Origin: Squalus acanthias | Lineage: Eukaryota | Direction of reading: 5' to 3' | Length of the DNA: 64,000 nt | Assembly (NCBI GenBank): GCA_030390025.1 | Contig: JASTWF010000323.1 | Coordinates: forward strand, 124,001-188,000 | Shown here: piece by piece, positions 36,940 to 49,483 of the stretch | How positions within the stretch are numbered: the stretch's first letter is position 1 | Layout of the letters: the number at the start of each line of letters is the position of its first letter | Translations under genes and position numbers: made by a program | The notes under the pieces: generated by a model | What the model was told of the DNA's origin: nothing | What the model saw: only the letters and a program-made list of their open reading frames with translations | The model's database searches: none

Positions 36940-38719
36940 CTACTTTTTGCCCTTCGAGGGTGATCTCCTTCCCTTGCGCACTTCCCCCCTTCTAACCCTA
37001 CTGCTCCTCCGTAATGGGACTTCAGTGGCTGCAGCAAGGCTGGTGGAAGGCTGCTGCTCGTCAGACCCTGACACTGCAGATGCCCCTGAAGGACGGCCTC
37101 GACCACTTCTGGGCCTGGAGGGCCCGGCTGCAGACTGCACCAACTCTGCATGGGCGGCAGCAGTCTGTCCTACAGGCGGTGGCAAGTGCAGTGGAGAAGT
37201 GACAGTGTTGGCAGCAGGAATGCTGTCATCGTGAGAGAGGCCAGCAACTCCCTGCTCGCCCGACACACTGGCACTCCCACGGGGCAGCTCTTCAGCATCC
37301 GGAGCAATTTGCCGGAGAACAGATTGCTGGCCTGCTGCGGCGCGGTGACAGCCCTGGGGACATGTGCACGAACCATCGAGGTTGGCAGCAGTCTGTGCTC
37401 GCGTGGCCTCCATCTGTGTCTGTATGAGAGCAGTCAGAGGTGGGATCACGGCAGCCAGTGACTGAATTGCAGCACTAAGCGTTAGTGTGGCATCCGCCTG
37501 TGCTACAGCGAAGTGCTCCACACTCCTTGCCAGTGACTCAATGCAATCGGGCACCCTTCCCACTGCACCCATGAGCTCAGTGTGCATGCCCACCGCCTGG
37601 GTGTTCATTTCTGCAATCAGCCGCTCCTCCTCTGCGTCCATTGCAGTAGGAGTGTCTGGCATACTCTCCCTCTGGGGAGAAGGCCCCCGTTCTTCCCTAC
37701 CCCCCCCATGGCGTTGCTGCAGCCCGCTGGGTCCTGGAGCTTCACCATCATCAGCCCCTTCCCCCCTGCTCCCCTCCGGGGAAGGCGTGTTCCCAGTGTG
37801 GGCATGGGCTTCCTCGGGAGAGGGTGGCACTGATGCTCCGGCTTCCTCTTCCTCCTCAGCTGCAGCATCACTCCCAGTGGCAGCTTCAGGGCCCGTCTCC
37901 TCAGCTGGTGAATCACCATCTGAAAGCAGGGAGGTAAAGAGTGGCTTTAGCGTGAGGGCAGGGTGGCAGTAAGGGAGGAATAAGTGCAGCGAGTTAGCAA
38001 GTTGGATTGAAAGTGTCAAAGGCTCGTATTGTGAGGGACAAGTGGAAGGACAGAGGACAAAAAGGTGATGACCTTACCATTGCTGTCCAGAACGGGGTCG
38101 GCGTCTCCAGTGGCGACGGGACCGATCACCCGGCTGGCCACAATCCTGTGGACGCGCTCCTCAAGATCGCTGAGGGGTTGCAGCTGAGGCCGCCCTCCAC
38201 CTGTCCGTTGCTGCTGTCTCGTACTATGCACCAGCTTGGCCTGCAAGAAAAAGGACAGCATCTGAGTAAATATACAGCCATGGTCTTGCCTGATGTGCCT
38301 CCCATAGGTGAATAGCCCTTACTGTATGCAAAGTGTGGAATGTGTGTGTGTGTTTGATGAAAGGGCCATAGGTGTTGGATGAGTGTTGTGCGTTGGGGTT
38401 TTAAGACCCTCTGGCCATAGAGTGAGGTTGAGATGGAGGGATGGAGAGGTATTGAGAAAAAGCCACTCACCCTGACGACCCGAGTGAGGTCGTTGAACTT
38501 TTTGCGGCGTTGAACATGGGTCCTGGGCACCATGCTCCTGGAGGAGACGCTCTGAGCCACCTCCCTCCACACTCTTCTGAACTCGCGTGGCAAAGGCCTC
38601 CTGCCACTCTCTGGGAACAGCATGCATCGTCTGCGCTCCACTGCGTCAACCAGAGCATCCAAGGCCCGCTCGGTGAAGCGATGAGCGCGTTCTCTCACCC
38701 TCTCCATGCTTGGCAGCAA
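36940..38719 (-). CDS. Harbinger Myb/SANT (trihelix) DNA-binding protein; exons 38719-38471, 38240-38078, 37919-36940; 463 aa
   Basis: RFTERALDALVDAVERRR...WREVAQSV...RTHVQRRKKFNDL; both introns GT-AG with compatible phases (0, then 1); TGGG motif in exon 2; acidic and coiled-coil middle, basic C-terminus. Confidence 0.88.
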
Positions 38720-39077
38720 AATGGATTACAGGTCTCTCCAGGCTGAGATTCAAGGCTGCAATGAGCAGGGTGTGGCTGGGGAGCAAGTGCCCCCCCCCCC
38801 CCCCCCCCGCTTTTAGAAGTGTCCGGCGCCAGTGTGTCTGTGTTCCCTCGCTAACTGGCAGCAGCTGCGCTGCGCTCGTGCGCTGAGTTAGGGCCTCACT
38901 CCTTGGCCTTTGCGGCTTAAGAGAGGTGTGCAGCGCCTACTTTAGCGCTCCACTCACCTCCCGGGGCGGTAAAAGTGAAGTTTCATGTCAGTGCCGATAA
39001 TTAGCACCAGGCGCTAATATTTGCGTCCGGACGATATTTGCGCCCCAAATGGGGCGCGACCTAATTTCTACCCCATA

Positions 39078-42000
39078 GTGTTGGGAGGGGGGGGCGGTGG
39101 AGGATACAGGGGAACAGGAAAATGAAAAGTCAATGAGAAATGAGAAAGCAATGGACCAAGCTGGAGATGGGGGAAATAATAACCAGGATGTGAAAGGAAG
39201 GGAAAGAATGTTTAAAAATAAGAGTGTAACAGAAAAAAAGGCCAAAACAAGGGAAAATGGTAAAAACACAATGTTAAAGGCTCTATATCTGAATACACGC
39301 AGCATTCGTAACAAGATAAATGAGTTGACGGCACAAATAGATAGAAATGGGTATGATCTGATCGCCTTTACAGAGACGTGGTTGCAAGGCGACCAGGGCT
39401 GGGAAATGTATATTCCAGGGTATATGATAATTCGGAAGGAAAGAAAGAAAGAAAGGAAAGGGGAATGGGATGGCTTTGTTGGTAAATGATGGGATCAGTG
39501 CGGTGGTCAGAAGTGATATTGGTTCAGAAAATAAACATGTAGAATCGGTTTGGGTGGAGATAAAAAACAACAAGTGGAAAAAGACACTGATGGACGTAGT
39601 CTACAGGCCCCCGAACAGTAGCAATGCTGTTGGACAGAGTATAAATCAACAAATAATGGATGCCTGTAAAAAGGGTAAGGTAATAATCAAGGGTGATTTT
39701 AATCTCAATATTGATTGGACAAATCAAATTCACCATGGTGGCCTGCAGGAGGAGTTCAAATAGTGCATCAGGGATGTTTTCCTAGAACAGTAAATAGAAA
39801 TGTTGCAGTGGTAGGGGATAGTGTTATTAGGGGGATAGATAGAGTTCTCTGCAGCCGAGAGCGAGTGTCCCGTGGGCTGTGTTGTCTGCCCGGTGCCAGG
39901 GTTAAGGACATCTCCAGTGGGCTGGAAAAAACTTGCAGTGGGAGTGGGTGGATCCAGTTGTCGTGGTCCATGTTGGTACAAACGACTTAGATAGGACACG
40001 GAAGCAGGTTCTTTTAAAGGAGTATGAGCAGCTCGGGTTCAAATTAAAAAACAGAACCTCAAGGATATTAATCTCTGGATTATTACCTGAGCCACGAGCG
40101 AATTTGGCTAGGACAAATAAAATTAGAGATTTAAATGAGTGGCTCAAAGACTGGTGTGGGAGAAATGGGTTTTGCTTCCTGAGACACTGGCACCAGTAAT
40201 GGGGCAGGAGGGAGCTGCTCCGTTGGGACGGGTTTCACTTGGCCAGTGTTGGGACTAGAGTCCTGGCGGATCATATAACTAGGGCTGTAGAGAAGGCTTT
40301 AAACTAACTAGTGGGGGGGCGGGGGGGGGGAGATTCCGAGAGAGCAAATAATAAAACTGAGAACAGAGAAGGTCATAGACTTAGGTAGCAGTGGGGAAAT
40401 TAAAAAAACAGAGTGTGTCAGGAAGGGGCAGAAGTTATGGAGTAAAAGGTAAAGTAATAAAAAGGGCAAAAGCAGGAACTAAGTGTCACAAAACATGTTT
40501 GAAAGTTCTCTATCTGAATGCACGTAGCATTCGTAACAAAGTAGATGAGTTAATGGCACAAATAACTACATATGGGTATGATCTTGTGGCCATTACAGAA
40601 ACATGGCTGCAGGGCGACGATGCCTGGGAATTAAACATACCAGGTTATTTAACGATCAGGCAGGACAGGCAGGAAGGAAGGGGTGGTGTGGTGGCTATGT
40701 TAATAAAGGAAGGAATCACTGTAATACAGAGAAATGATATTGTGTCAAAAGATCAGGATAATGAAACAGTTTGGGTGGAGATAAGGAATAATAAGGGGGA
40801 AAAAAAACACTAGTGGGCATAGTCTATAGGCCTCCGAACAGTTGCAACTCTGTTGGACGGAGTATCAATCGGGAAATAGTTGAGGCTTGTAATAAGGGAA
40901 CATCTTTAATTATGGGGGATTTTAACTATCATATTAATTGGACAATTCAAATTGTGCAGGGCTGCCTTGAAGATGCGTTCATTGAGTGTATTAGCGATGG
41001 GTTTCTTGAGCAGTATGTAACCGAACCGACCAGGGGGCAAGCAACCTTAGATCTAGTCCTGTGTAACGAGACAGGATTAATTAAAAATGTCCTAGCAAAG
41101 GATCCCCTTGGAATGAGTGACCATAACATGGTTGAATTCCATATTCAATTAGAGGGTGAGAAGGTTGGATCTCAAACAAGCGTGCTAAGCTTGAATAAAG
41201 GAGACTAAGAAGTTGTGCGAGCGGAATTGAGTAGAGTGGATTGGGAAAATAGATTACAGGGTAAGACGATACATGATCAGTGGTGTACATTTAAGGAGTT
41301 ATTTTACAACTTCCAAAAAATATATATTCCACTGAGAAGAAAAGGGTGTAAAAGAAAAGACAGTCATTCGTGGCTAAGTAAAGCAATTAAGGATAATATC
41401 CGACTAAAAACAAGGGCTTATAAGGTAGCCAAATCTAATGGGAGTATAGAGGATTGGGAAAACTTTAAAATACAGCAAAAAATAACAAAAAGATTGATTA
41501 AGAAAGGGAAGATAGATTATGAAAGTAAATTAGCAAAATATATAAAAACAGATAGCAAGAGTTTTTAAAGTTATATAAAAAGAAAAAGGTTGTCTAAAGT
41601 AAATGTAGGTCCCTTGGAGGATGAGACCGGGAAATTAATGGATGGCAATATGGAGATGGCAAATACACTGAATGAATATTTTGTATCAGTCTTTACAGTA
41701 GAGGACACAAAGAATATCGCAACAGTGGACAAACAGGGGGCTATGTGGGGGGAGGCGCTAAACACCATCAAAATCACTAAGGAAGTGGTACTCGGTAAAA
41801 TAATGGGGCTCAAGGCGGATAAATCACCTGGACCTGATGGCTTACATCCTAGGGTCTTGAGGGAAGTGGCGGTAGGGATTGAGGATGCTTTGGTAATCAT
41901 TTTCCAAAACTCCCTGGACTCAGCAAAGATCCCGGCAGTAAAAAAGGCAGTAGACAGAAGGCTGGAAACTATAGACCGGTTAGCGTAACATCTTTGGTAG

Positions 42001-45000
42001 GTAAAATTTTGGAGTCCATTATTAAGGAGACAGTAACGGGACATTTGGATAATCATAATTTAATAGGACAAAGTCAGCATGGTTTTATGAAGGGGAAGTC
42101 ATGTTTGACAAATTTGCTGGAGGTCTTTGAGGAAGTAACACACAGGGTGGATAAAGAGGAACCAGTGGATGTGGTGTATTTAGACTTCCAAAAGGCATTT
42201 GACAAGATGCCACACAAAAGATTATTGCTAAAGATAAAAAATCACGGGATTGGGGGTAATATTCTGGCATGGATAGAGGATTGGCTATCTAACAGAAGGC
42301 AGAGAGTTGGGATAAATGGTTCATTCACAGACTGGCAATCAGTAACTAGTGTTGTTCCGCAGGGGTCAGTGCTGGGTCCCCAACTCTTTACAATCTATAT
42401 TAACGATTTGGAGGAGGGGACCGAGTGTAACATATCAAAGTTTGCAGATGACACTAAGATGGGAGGGAAAGTAATGAGTGAGGAGGACATAAAAAACTGC
42501 TAGGGGACATAGACAGGCTAAGTAAGTGGGCAGAGATTTGGCAGATGGAATACAATAATGGAAAGTGTGAGGTTATGCACTTTGGCAGGAAAAATAGCAG
42601 AGCAAGTTATTATCTAAATGGCAAGAAACTGGAAAGTACTGAAGTACAAAGGGATCTGGGGGTCCTGGTGCACGAAACTCAAAAGGTTAGTATGCAGGTG
42701 CAGCAGGTGATTAAGAAGGCCAATGGAATTTTGGCTTTCATTGCTAAGGGGATAGAATATAAATATAGGGAGGTATTGCTTCAGTTGTACAGGGTATTGG
42801 TGAGACCGCACCTGGAATACTGCATACAGTTTTGGTGTCCATACTTAAGAAAAGACATACTCGCTCTCGAGTCAGTACAAATAAGGTTCACTCCGTTAAT
42901 CCCGGGGATGAGGGGATGGACATATGAGGAGAGGTTGGGTAGATTGGGACTCTACTCATTGGAGTTCAGAAGAATGAGAGGCGATCTTATTGAAACATAT
43001 AAGATTGTGAAGGGGTTGGATCGGGTGGATGCGGGGAGGATGTTCCCGATGATGGGTGAAACTAGAACTAGGGGGCATAGTCTTAGAATAAGGGTCTGCT
43101 CTTTCAAAACTGAGATGAGAAGGAACTACTTCACTCAGAGGGCGATAGGTCCATGGAATATGCTGCCCCAAAAAGTTATAGAAGCTAAATCATTACATAA
43201 ATTTAAAACAGAAATAGACAATTTCCTAGAAGTAAAGGGAATTAAGCGTTACGGGGTGCGGGCAGGAATTTGGACATGAGTCTAGGTTCGGATGGGTCAT
43301 GGGCCTGTGGCTAACGTAGAGGGCCCAAGAGCCGTGTAGCCTGATTCTGCTCCTATTTCTTGTCTCCAATTCTGTTAGGTTCAGGAGATGGTTCTGTGAT
43401 AGTAGATTGGCGGTTAGGATCAGATTAGCCATGATCTTATTGAATGGCGGAGCAGGCTCGCGGGGCCAGTTGGCCTACTCCTGCTCCTATTTCTTATGTT
43501 CTTATGTTCTTATGTAACACTATCTAATGGAACCAACTAGGGAGCAGGCTATCTTGCATCTGGTACTATGTAATGAGACAGAATTAATAAATGATCTCAT
43601 AGTAAAGGATCCTCTCGGAAAGAGTGATCATAGCATGGTGGAATTTCAAATTTCTTGGTGGGTGAGAAAATTGTATCCCAAACCAGGGTCCTGATCTTAA
43701 ACAAAGGCAATTATAATGGCATGAGGGCAGAACTGGCTAAAGTGGACTGGAAAAACAAATTAAGGGTAAGAATGTTGAAATGCAGTGGCGGACATTTAAG
43801 GAGATATTTGAAAGCTTTCAAGAAAAATATATTCCAGTGAGGAAGAACGATTTTAAGAGAAGGGAGCACCATCCGTGGCTAACTAAGGAAGTAAAGGATG
43901 GTATCAAATTGAAAACGAAGGCATACAATGTTGCCAAGATTGGTGGGAGACCAGAGAATTGAGAATTTTTTTAAAACGAGCAAAGCATGACAAAAAATGT
44001 AATAAAGAGAGAGAAGATGAATTATGAGAGTAAGCTGGCAAGAAACATTAAAACAGATAGCAAGAGCTTCTTCAGGTAAATAAAAAGGAAGAGGGTAGCT
44101 AAAGTAAACCTTGGTCCCTTAGAGGATGAGGCTGGGGAATTAATAATGGGGAACGGGGAAATGGCTGAGCCCCTAAACAAATATTTTGCATCTGTCTTCA
44201 CTGTAGAAGACACAACATACCATAATGGATGATCAAGGGGCCACAGGGAGTGGGGAACTAAAGACAATCACTATCACTAATGAAATAGTACGCGGTAAAA
44301 TAATGCGCCGAAAAGACGACCAGTCCCCTGGACCAGATGGCCTGCATCCCAGGGTCTTAAAAAAAGTGGCTGCTGAGATAGTGGATGCATTGGTTGCAAT
44401 ATACCAACATTCCAGGAATCTGGAGAGGTCCCAGCGGATTGGAAAACCGCTAATGTAGCACCCCTATTTAAGAAAGGAGGAAGACAGAAAGCAGGAAAAT
44501 ATACACCAGTTAGCCTAACATCTGTCGTTGGGAAAATGCTGGAGTCCTTCATTAAGGAAGCAATAGCAGGGCATTTAGAAAAAAAATACTGCAGTCAAAC
44601 AGAGTCAGCATGTTTTTAGGAAAGGGAAATCATGTTTAACAAATTCTTGAGGATGGAACAAGTAGGGTGGACAAGGGTGAGCCAGTGGATGTGGTGTATT
44701 TAGATTTCCAGAAGGCATTAGATAAGGTGCCACATAAAAGGTTACTGCATAAGATATGCGCTCACGGAGTTGGGGTAATACATTAGCATGGATAGAAAAT
44801 TGGCTAACTAACAGAAAGCAGAGAATCGGGATTAATGTGTAATTTTCTGGTTGGCAAACGGTAACGAGTGGGGTGCCAAAAGGATCGGTGCTGGGGCCCC
44901 AACTATTTTCAATCTATATTAATGACTTGGATGAAGGGATCGAGTGTAATGTAACCAAGTTTGCGGATGATTCAAAGATGGGTAGGAAAACAAGTTGTGC

Positions 45001-45885
45001 AGAAAACTCAAAGAATTTGCAAAGGGCTATAGGCAGGCTAGGTGAGTGGGCAAACATTTGGCAGATGGAGTATAATGTGGGATAGTGCGACGTTATCCAC
45101 TTTGGCAGGAAAAATTAAAAAAAAGTATTATTTAAATGGAGAGAGATTGCAAAATGCTACAGTTAGAGAGATCTGGGCGTCCTTGTGCGCGAAACACAAA
45201 AAGTTAGCATGCAGGTACAGCAGGTAATCAAAAAAGCAAATGGAATGTTGGCCTTTATTTCAAGGGGGTTGGAGTATAAAAGCATGGAAGTCCTGCTAAA
45301 ACTGTACAAGGTAAGGTGAGACCACACCTTGAGTACTGCGTACAGTTTTGGTCTCCTTATTTAAGGAAGGATATATTTGCATTGGAGGCAGTTCAGAGAC
45401 GATTCACTAGGTTCATTCCAGAGATGAGGGGTTTGACTTATGAAGAAAGGTTAAGCAGGCTGGGACTATACTCTTTGGAATTTTGAAGAATGAGACGTGA
45501 TCTTCTCTAAACGTATAAGCTACTGAGGGGGCTCGAAAGGTTAGATGCAGAGCAGATGTTTCCCCTCATGGGAAAATCTAGAACTCGGGGGCACAGTCTC
45601 AAAATAAAGGGTCGCCCTTTTACAACTGAGATGAGGAGGAACTTCTTCTCTCAGAGGGTCGTAAATTTGTGGAATTCTCTGCTCCAGAGAGCTGTGGAGG
45701 CTGTGTCATTAAATACATTTAATGTGGAGATAGGCAAGATTTTGCAAGATAAGGGAGTGAAGGATTATGGAGAGCGGGCTGGGAAGTGGCTTTGAGCCCT
45801 AGATCAGCCATGATCTTATTGAATGGCGGAGCAGGCTCGAGGGGCCAAGTGGCCTATTCCTGCTCCTATTTCTTATGTTCTTATG
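39078..45885 (+). mobile_element. CR1 LINE ORF2 (host; 39078-39792 plus 43516-45885) split by a nested CR1
   Basis: Endonuclease reads ...DVFLEQ | YLMEPTREQAIL across the insertion; TSD aacagta (39786-92) / aacacta (43516-22); tail ttcttatgttcttatg at 45870-45885. Confidence 0.88.
39793..43515 (+). mobile_element. Near full-length CR1 family A (ORF1 SGNH esterase part, endonuclease, RT, 3' UTR), frameshifted
   Basis: VVGDSVIRG, VVVHVGTNDL; YLNARSIRNK; VPQGSVLGP, KFADDTK; (ttcttatg)n tail. Confidence 0.93.
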
Positions 45886-48800
45886 AGCTTAGAAGGGTGT
45901 GGAGGGAGGTGGGTCAGCACGTCTCGTCGAGGAACCTGGTTCCGAGGACCCACACCCAATGTCGGAAGAAGTTCAACGACCTCGCTCGGGTGGTCAGGGT
46001 GAGGACCTGCTTTACAATACCTCTATATCCCTCCATCTGAACTTCACTCTGTGCACAGAGGGTTTAAAAACCCAAATGCCCAACACTCATCCAAGACCTA
46101 TGGTCATCTCATAAAACACACACGCACATCCCACACCTTGCACACATTAATGGCTATTCTACTAGGATAGGCACATCTGCCAAACACATGCCTGCACACT
46201 GTAACGGTTATTCAACTGTAGTAGGCACATCTGCCAAACATGCCTGCACACTCACTCACACGCTGTGTTTTTTCTTGCAGGCCAACCTCTCTTAGAACAG
46301 ACGGGAGCAGCAACGCACGGGAGGAGGACCGGGAAAACTACACCCCCTGACTCAGTTGGAGTACAGAGTACACAGGATCGTTGCCAGCCATGTCATAGGT
46401 GCCATGGCCACTGGAGAGGTCGACCACCTTGGGTCAGCAATGGTATGTTCATCTGCTTTCTCACCTCACTCATATCACTTGCACCTCACAACACCAGCCT
46501 TTAACGCATTCAATCCAACTAACTGTCACCAGTCCTTGCTTCCTTCCTGCATCCATCGCCCGCACGCTAAAGCCACTCTTGTACATTCCTGCTTTCAGAT
46601 AGTGAACCACCAGCTGACCAGTTTGTCCCTCAGACTGCCAGTGGCAGCGATGTGTCGGATGAGGAAGAAGAGGAAGCCGGAGCCTCACTGCCTGCGTCTC
46701 CCGAGGGTGACATATCAGACACTGGGGCCACGCCTTCCCTGGAGGGGAGCAGGGTGTTAGGGTCTGATGAAAGCGAAGTTCCTCGTCCGGCGGGCTGGAT
46801 CAATTCCATGGGGGTAGGGAAGCTCGCGGACCAGCTCCCTTGAGGGTGAGTAGGCGCGCGAGTTCTGCTGAACAGGATTCGGCTGAGGTCCTCGACATCG
46901 CTGCCAAGAATACCCAGGTCTTGAGCAAGCAGACTGAACTGTTGGGTGCAATGGCAAGGGTGCCCGACAGCATGGATGGACTGGCTAGGAGCGTGGAGGA
47001 GTCCGCCACTAGCACAGCTATCATCTCTGCACAAACCCTTGAACACATCGCTGCCTCATTGCAGAGGATGGTTGAATTGCAGGGAAACTGTGATGAATCA
47101 GAGCCGCCTGTAATGGGTGAGCTGACACGATCCATTGCAGCACAGGCTGACGCAAAACAATGGCTTAGTGATGCAATTGGGTCATTGGCTTGTGCCATCC
47201 ATTCTCAGGCTGCTCTCATCCAGTCTCAGATTGATGTCACACAAGCACTGACTGCTGCCAACCTCGCTGGGTCGCCCACAGTCCCCCTGGAATCTCACAG
47301 TACTGCCGTGGAACAGCAATCTGTGTTCGAGCAGATTGCTCAGGATGCTATGGTTCTGCTCCGAGAGAGTGGCAGTGTGTCGGTCGAGCAGGAAGGTGCT
47401 GTCCTCTCTCAGTTTGACAGCATTCCTGCTCCCACCACTACCAATTCCCCATTGCAATTGGCATGGCCTGCAACACAGCCAGCCCAGACGGCTGCAGCCC
47501 ATGCAGAGTTGGTGCAGTCTGCAGCCGGGCCCTTCCGGCCCAGAGCTAGTCAAGGTTGTTCTTCAAGGCAATCTCTGGAACCAGCATTCAGCAGCCTTCC
47601 ACCAGTTTGCTGCAGGCACTGGGGCCACATTATGGAGGAGCAGTAGGGTGGGAAGGGGTAAAGTGCACAGGGGATGGAGGTGACCCTCGAAGGCCCAACG
47701 GTGCAATCTGTAAATAAATCGGGGGAATGTTTGTGCGGAAGGTTCTATTTTGTTGTTATTATATTTGTTGACTGTTTTGCCGTTTATCTCCATGTTGTGA
47801 GAACGAGTTTCGTTAGTTCATGAATTAATGGGTTTGTTTCCAACTGTTTGTCCTGAATAAATGGGACAGATTTTGGAATATAATTTTTTTTTAAATTCCA
47901 GCTTTACATCTTTGGTCATTTGACTCATTGCAGCTTTGCCTTTCAATAGCGGGTGCGGGATGCTTTCAATGATGTGCTTCTACATCCCACAGCCATCTTC
48001 TCTGTAAGGGGTTAGAATAGGTGTCTTATGAACTTTTCACGGATGGCTCTTGCAGTGGGAACATTGTGCGCCTCCCTCCCAGGTTGGTGCTGCTGATCCT
48101 CCTCTTCATCCTCCACCTCCTCCTCCTCTCCCTCTTCCTTCACTTCCTCAGGTGGTGCACCAATCCCTGGTGGCAATGGCTGGATCGTCTTGATTGCAAT
48201 GTTATGAAGCATGCAGCATACAACAATAAAGAGGGAGACTCACTCGGGGGAGTACTGCAGGGCTCCTCCTGAGTGGTCCAGACGTCGGGGCCGTTGTTTC
48301 AAGACGCGGATCGTATGCTCAATGAGGTTCCTGTTAAACTATGGCTCTCATTGTATTGCAGCTCAGCAGGGGTGTTGGGGTTACGGAGCGGTGTCATCAG
48401 CCAGGTGCAGAGTAAATAGCCCTTGTCCCCGAGGAGCCATCCACTAGGTTGATGAGCTGGTTGGAAGGATAAAAGTATCGTGGTTACTGCCAGGATAGCG
48501 GGAATTGACGGCGTGTTTGAGCTGTCTGTGGTCACAGACCACCTGGATATTCAGAGAGTGGAAGCCCTTGTGGTTTCTGAACACCTCTGCATTTTCATGA
48601 GGTGCCCACAATGCCACATGCAGGCAGTCAATGGAGCCCTGAACCATGGGGAAGCCCACTATCCTCGAAAAGCCACATGCGCATTCGCGTTGTTTGTCCC
48701 GGGTCATGAGGAGAGATGTACTGGCGTCTCCTCTTATACAAAGCCTCTGACACCTCTCGGATGCAACAATGAGCATGAACTGGGAGATATTCGGAACCGC

Positions 48801-49483
48801 TGACTTAGAAATTCAGAGCCACTGTCACCTTCACTGCCACCGACAGAGAAGTCCTGGTCCTGAGCTGAGGCTGGAGCTCTGGTTGAAGGATGTGCCAGAG
48901 CTCAGTGACCACCAGCTTGCTGAAGCGCAGCCATTGGAAACACTGCTACTCAGATAAATGGACATAGGAGGAAAATTGCTTCCTGAATACACTGGGAGGA
49001 TAAGATCTCCTGTGCAGTGGCCTTTTGGCCCTCATCCTTCTGGCCACGTTTGCCACACTCTCTTCACCTCTGCTGCCTCTGAAGGTGAAGTTGGACGATG
49101 ACGACGCCCCGAGTTTTTGCAGCCCCCATTGATATCGTTAGAAGGAAGGTGAAATAAAAATGAAGCTCCAAAGAGGTACTCAGGACCCAAAACTCCTTCG
49201 GTCAGCTCTCTCCCTCTCAACCTGCATGTCAAAAATAGCTTCAATACTTGAAAACGTTCCCCTCTACCTGTCGTTCCCAGCGGCAGGCGGAAAGGCAGGG
49301 GGCGTGAATCAATATCCGGTCTGGGGCGCTACCGGGGCGTTGCACGCTCGCATGACGTCATCATCTGCGGCCGCAGGAGATCGTGGCGGTAGTGATTAGC
49401 GCCAGCGCAAAACGACTGGTCAATTTCGCGAGCGGAGCTGAAACAGCGCCAAGGGGAGGCGCTAACCAACCGACTTTTCTCCC
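45886..49483 (-). mobile_element. Older, degenerate PIF/Harbinger element in opposite orientation, truncated on the left
   Basis: Myb/SANT remnants on + (WREVGQHVSSR...QCRKKFNDL, same intron positions; ORF 46840-47646); transposase remnants on - at 48013-49130 (GSIDCLHV, LLGDKGY); TIR-like gggagaaaagtcggttggttagcgcc ending at 49483. Confidence 0.88.

Larger units (their letters stand above)
34973..39074 (+). mobile_element. Full-length autonomous-type PIF/Harbinger DNA transposon (4102 bp)
   Basis: TIRs ggggtaaaaatt / aatttctacccc; ATA on both flanks (34970-72, 39075-77); convergent transposase and Myb/SANT genes; CpG-rich subterminal ttagcgc/gcgctaa repeats. Confidence 0.95.
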
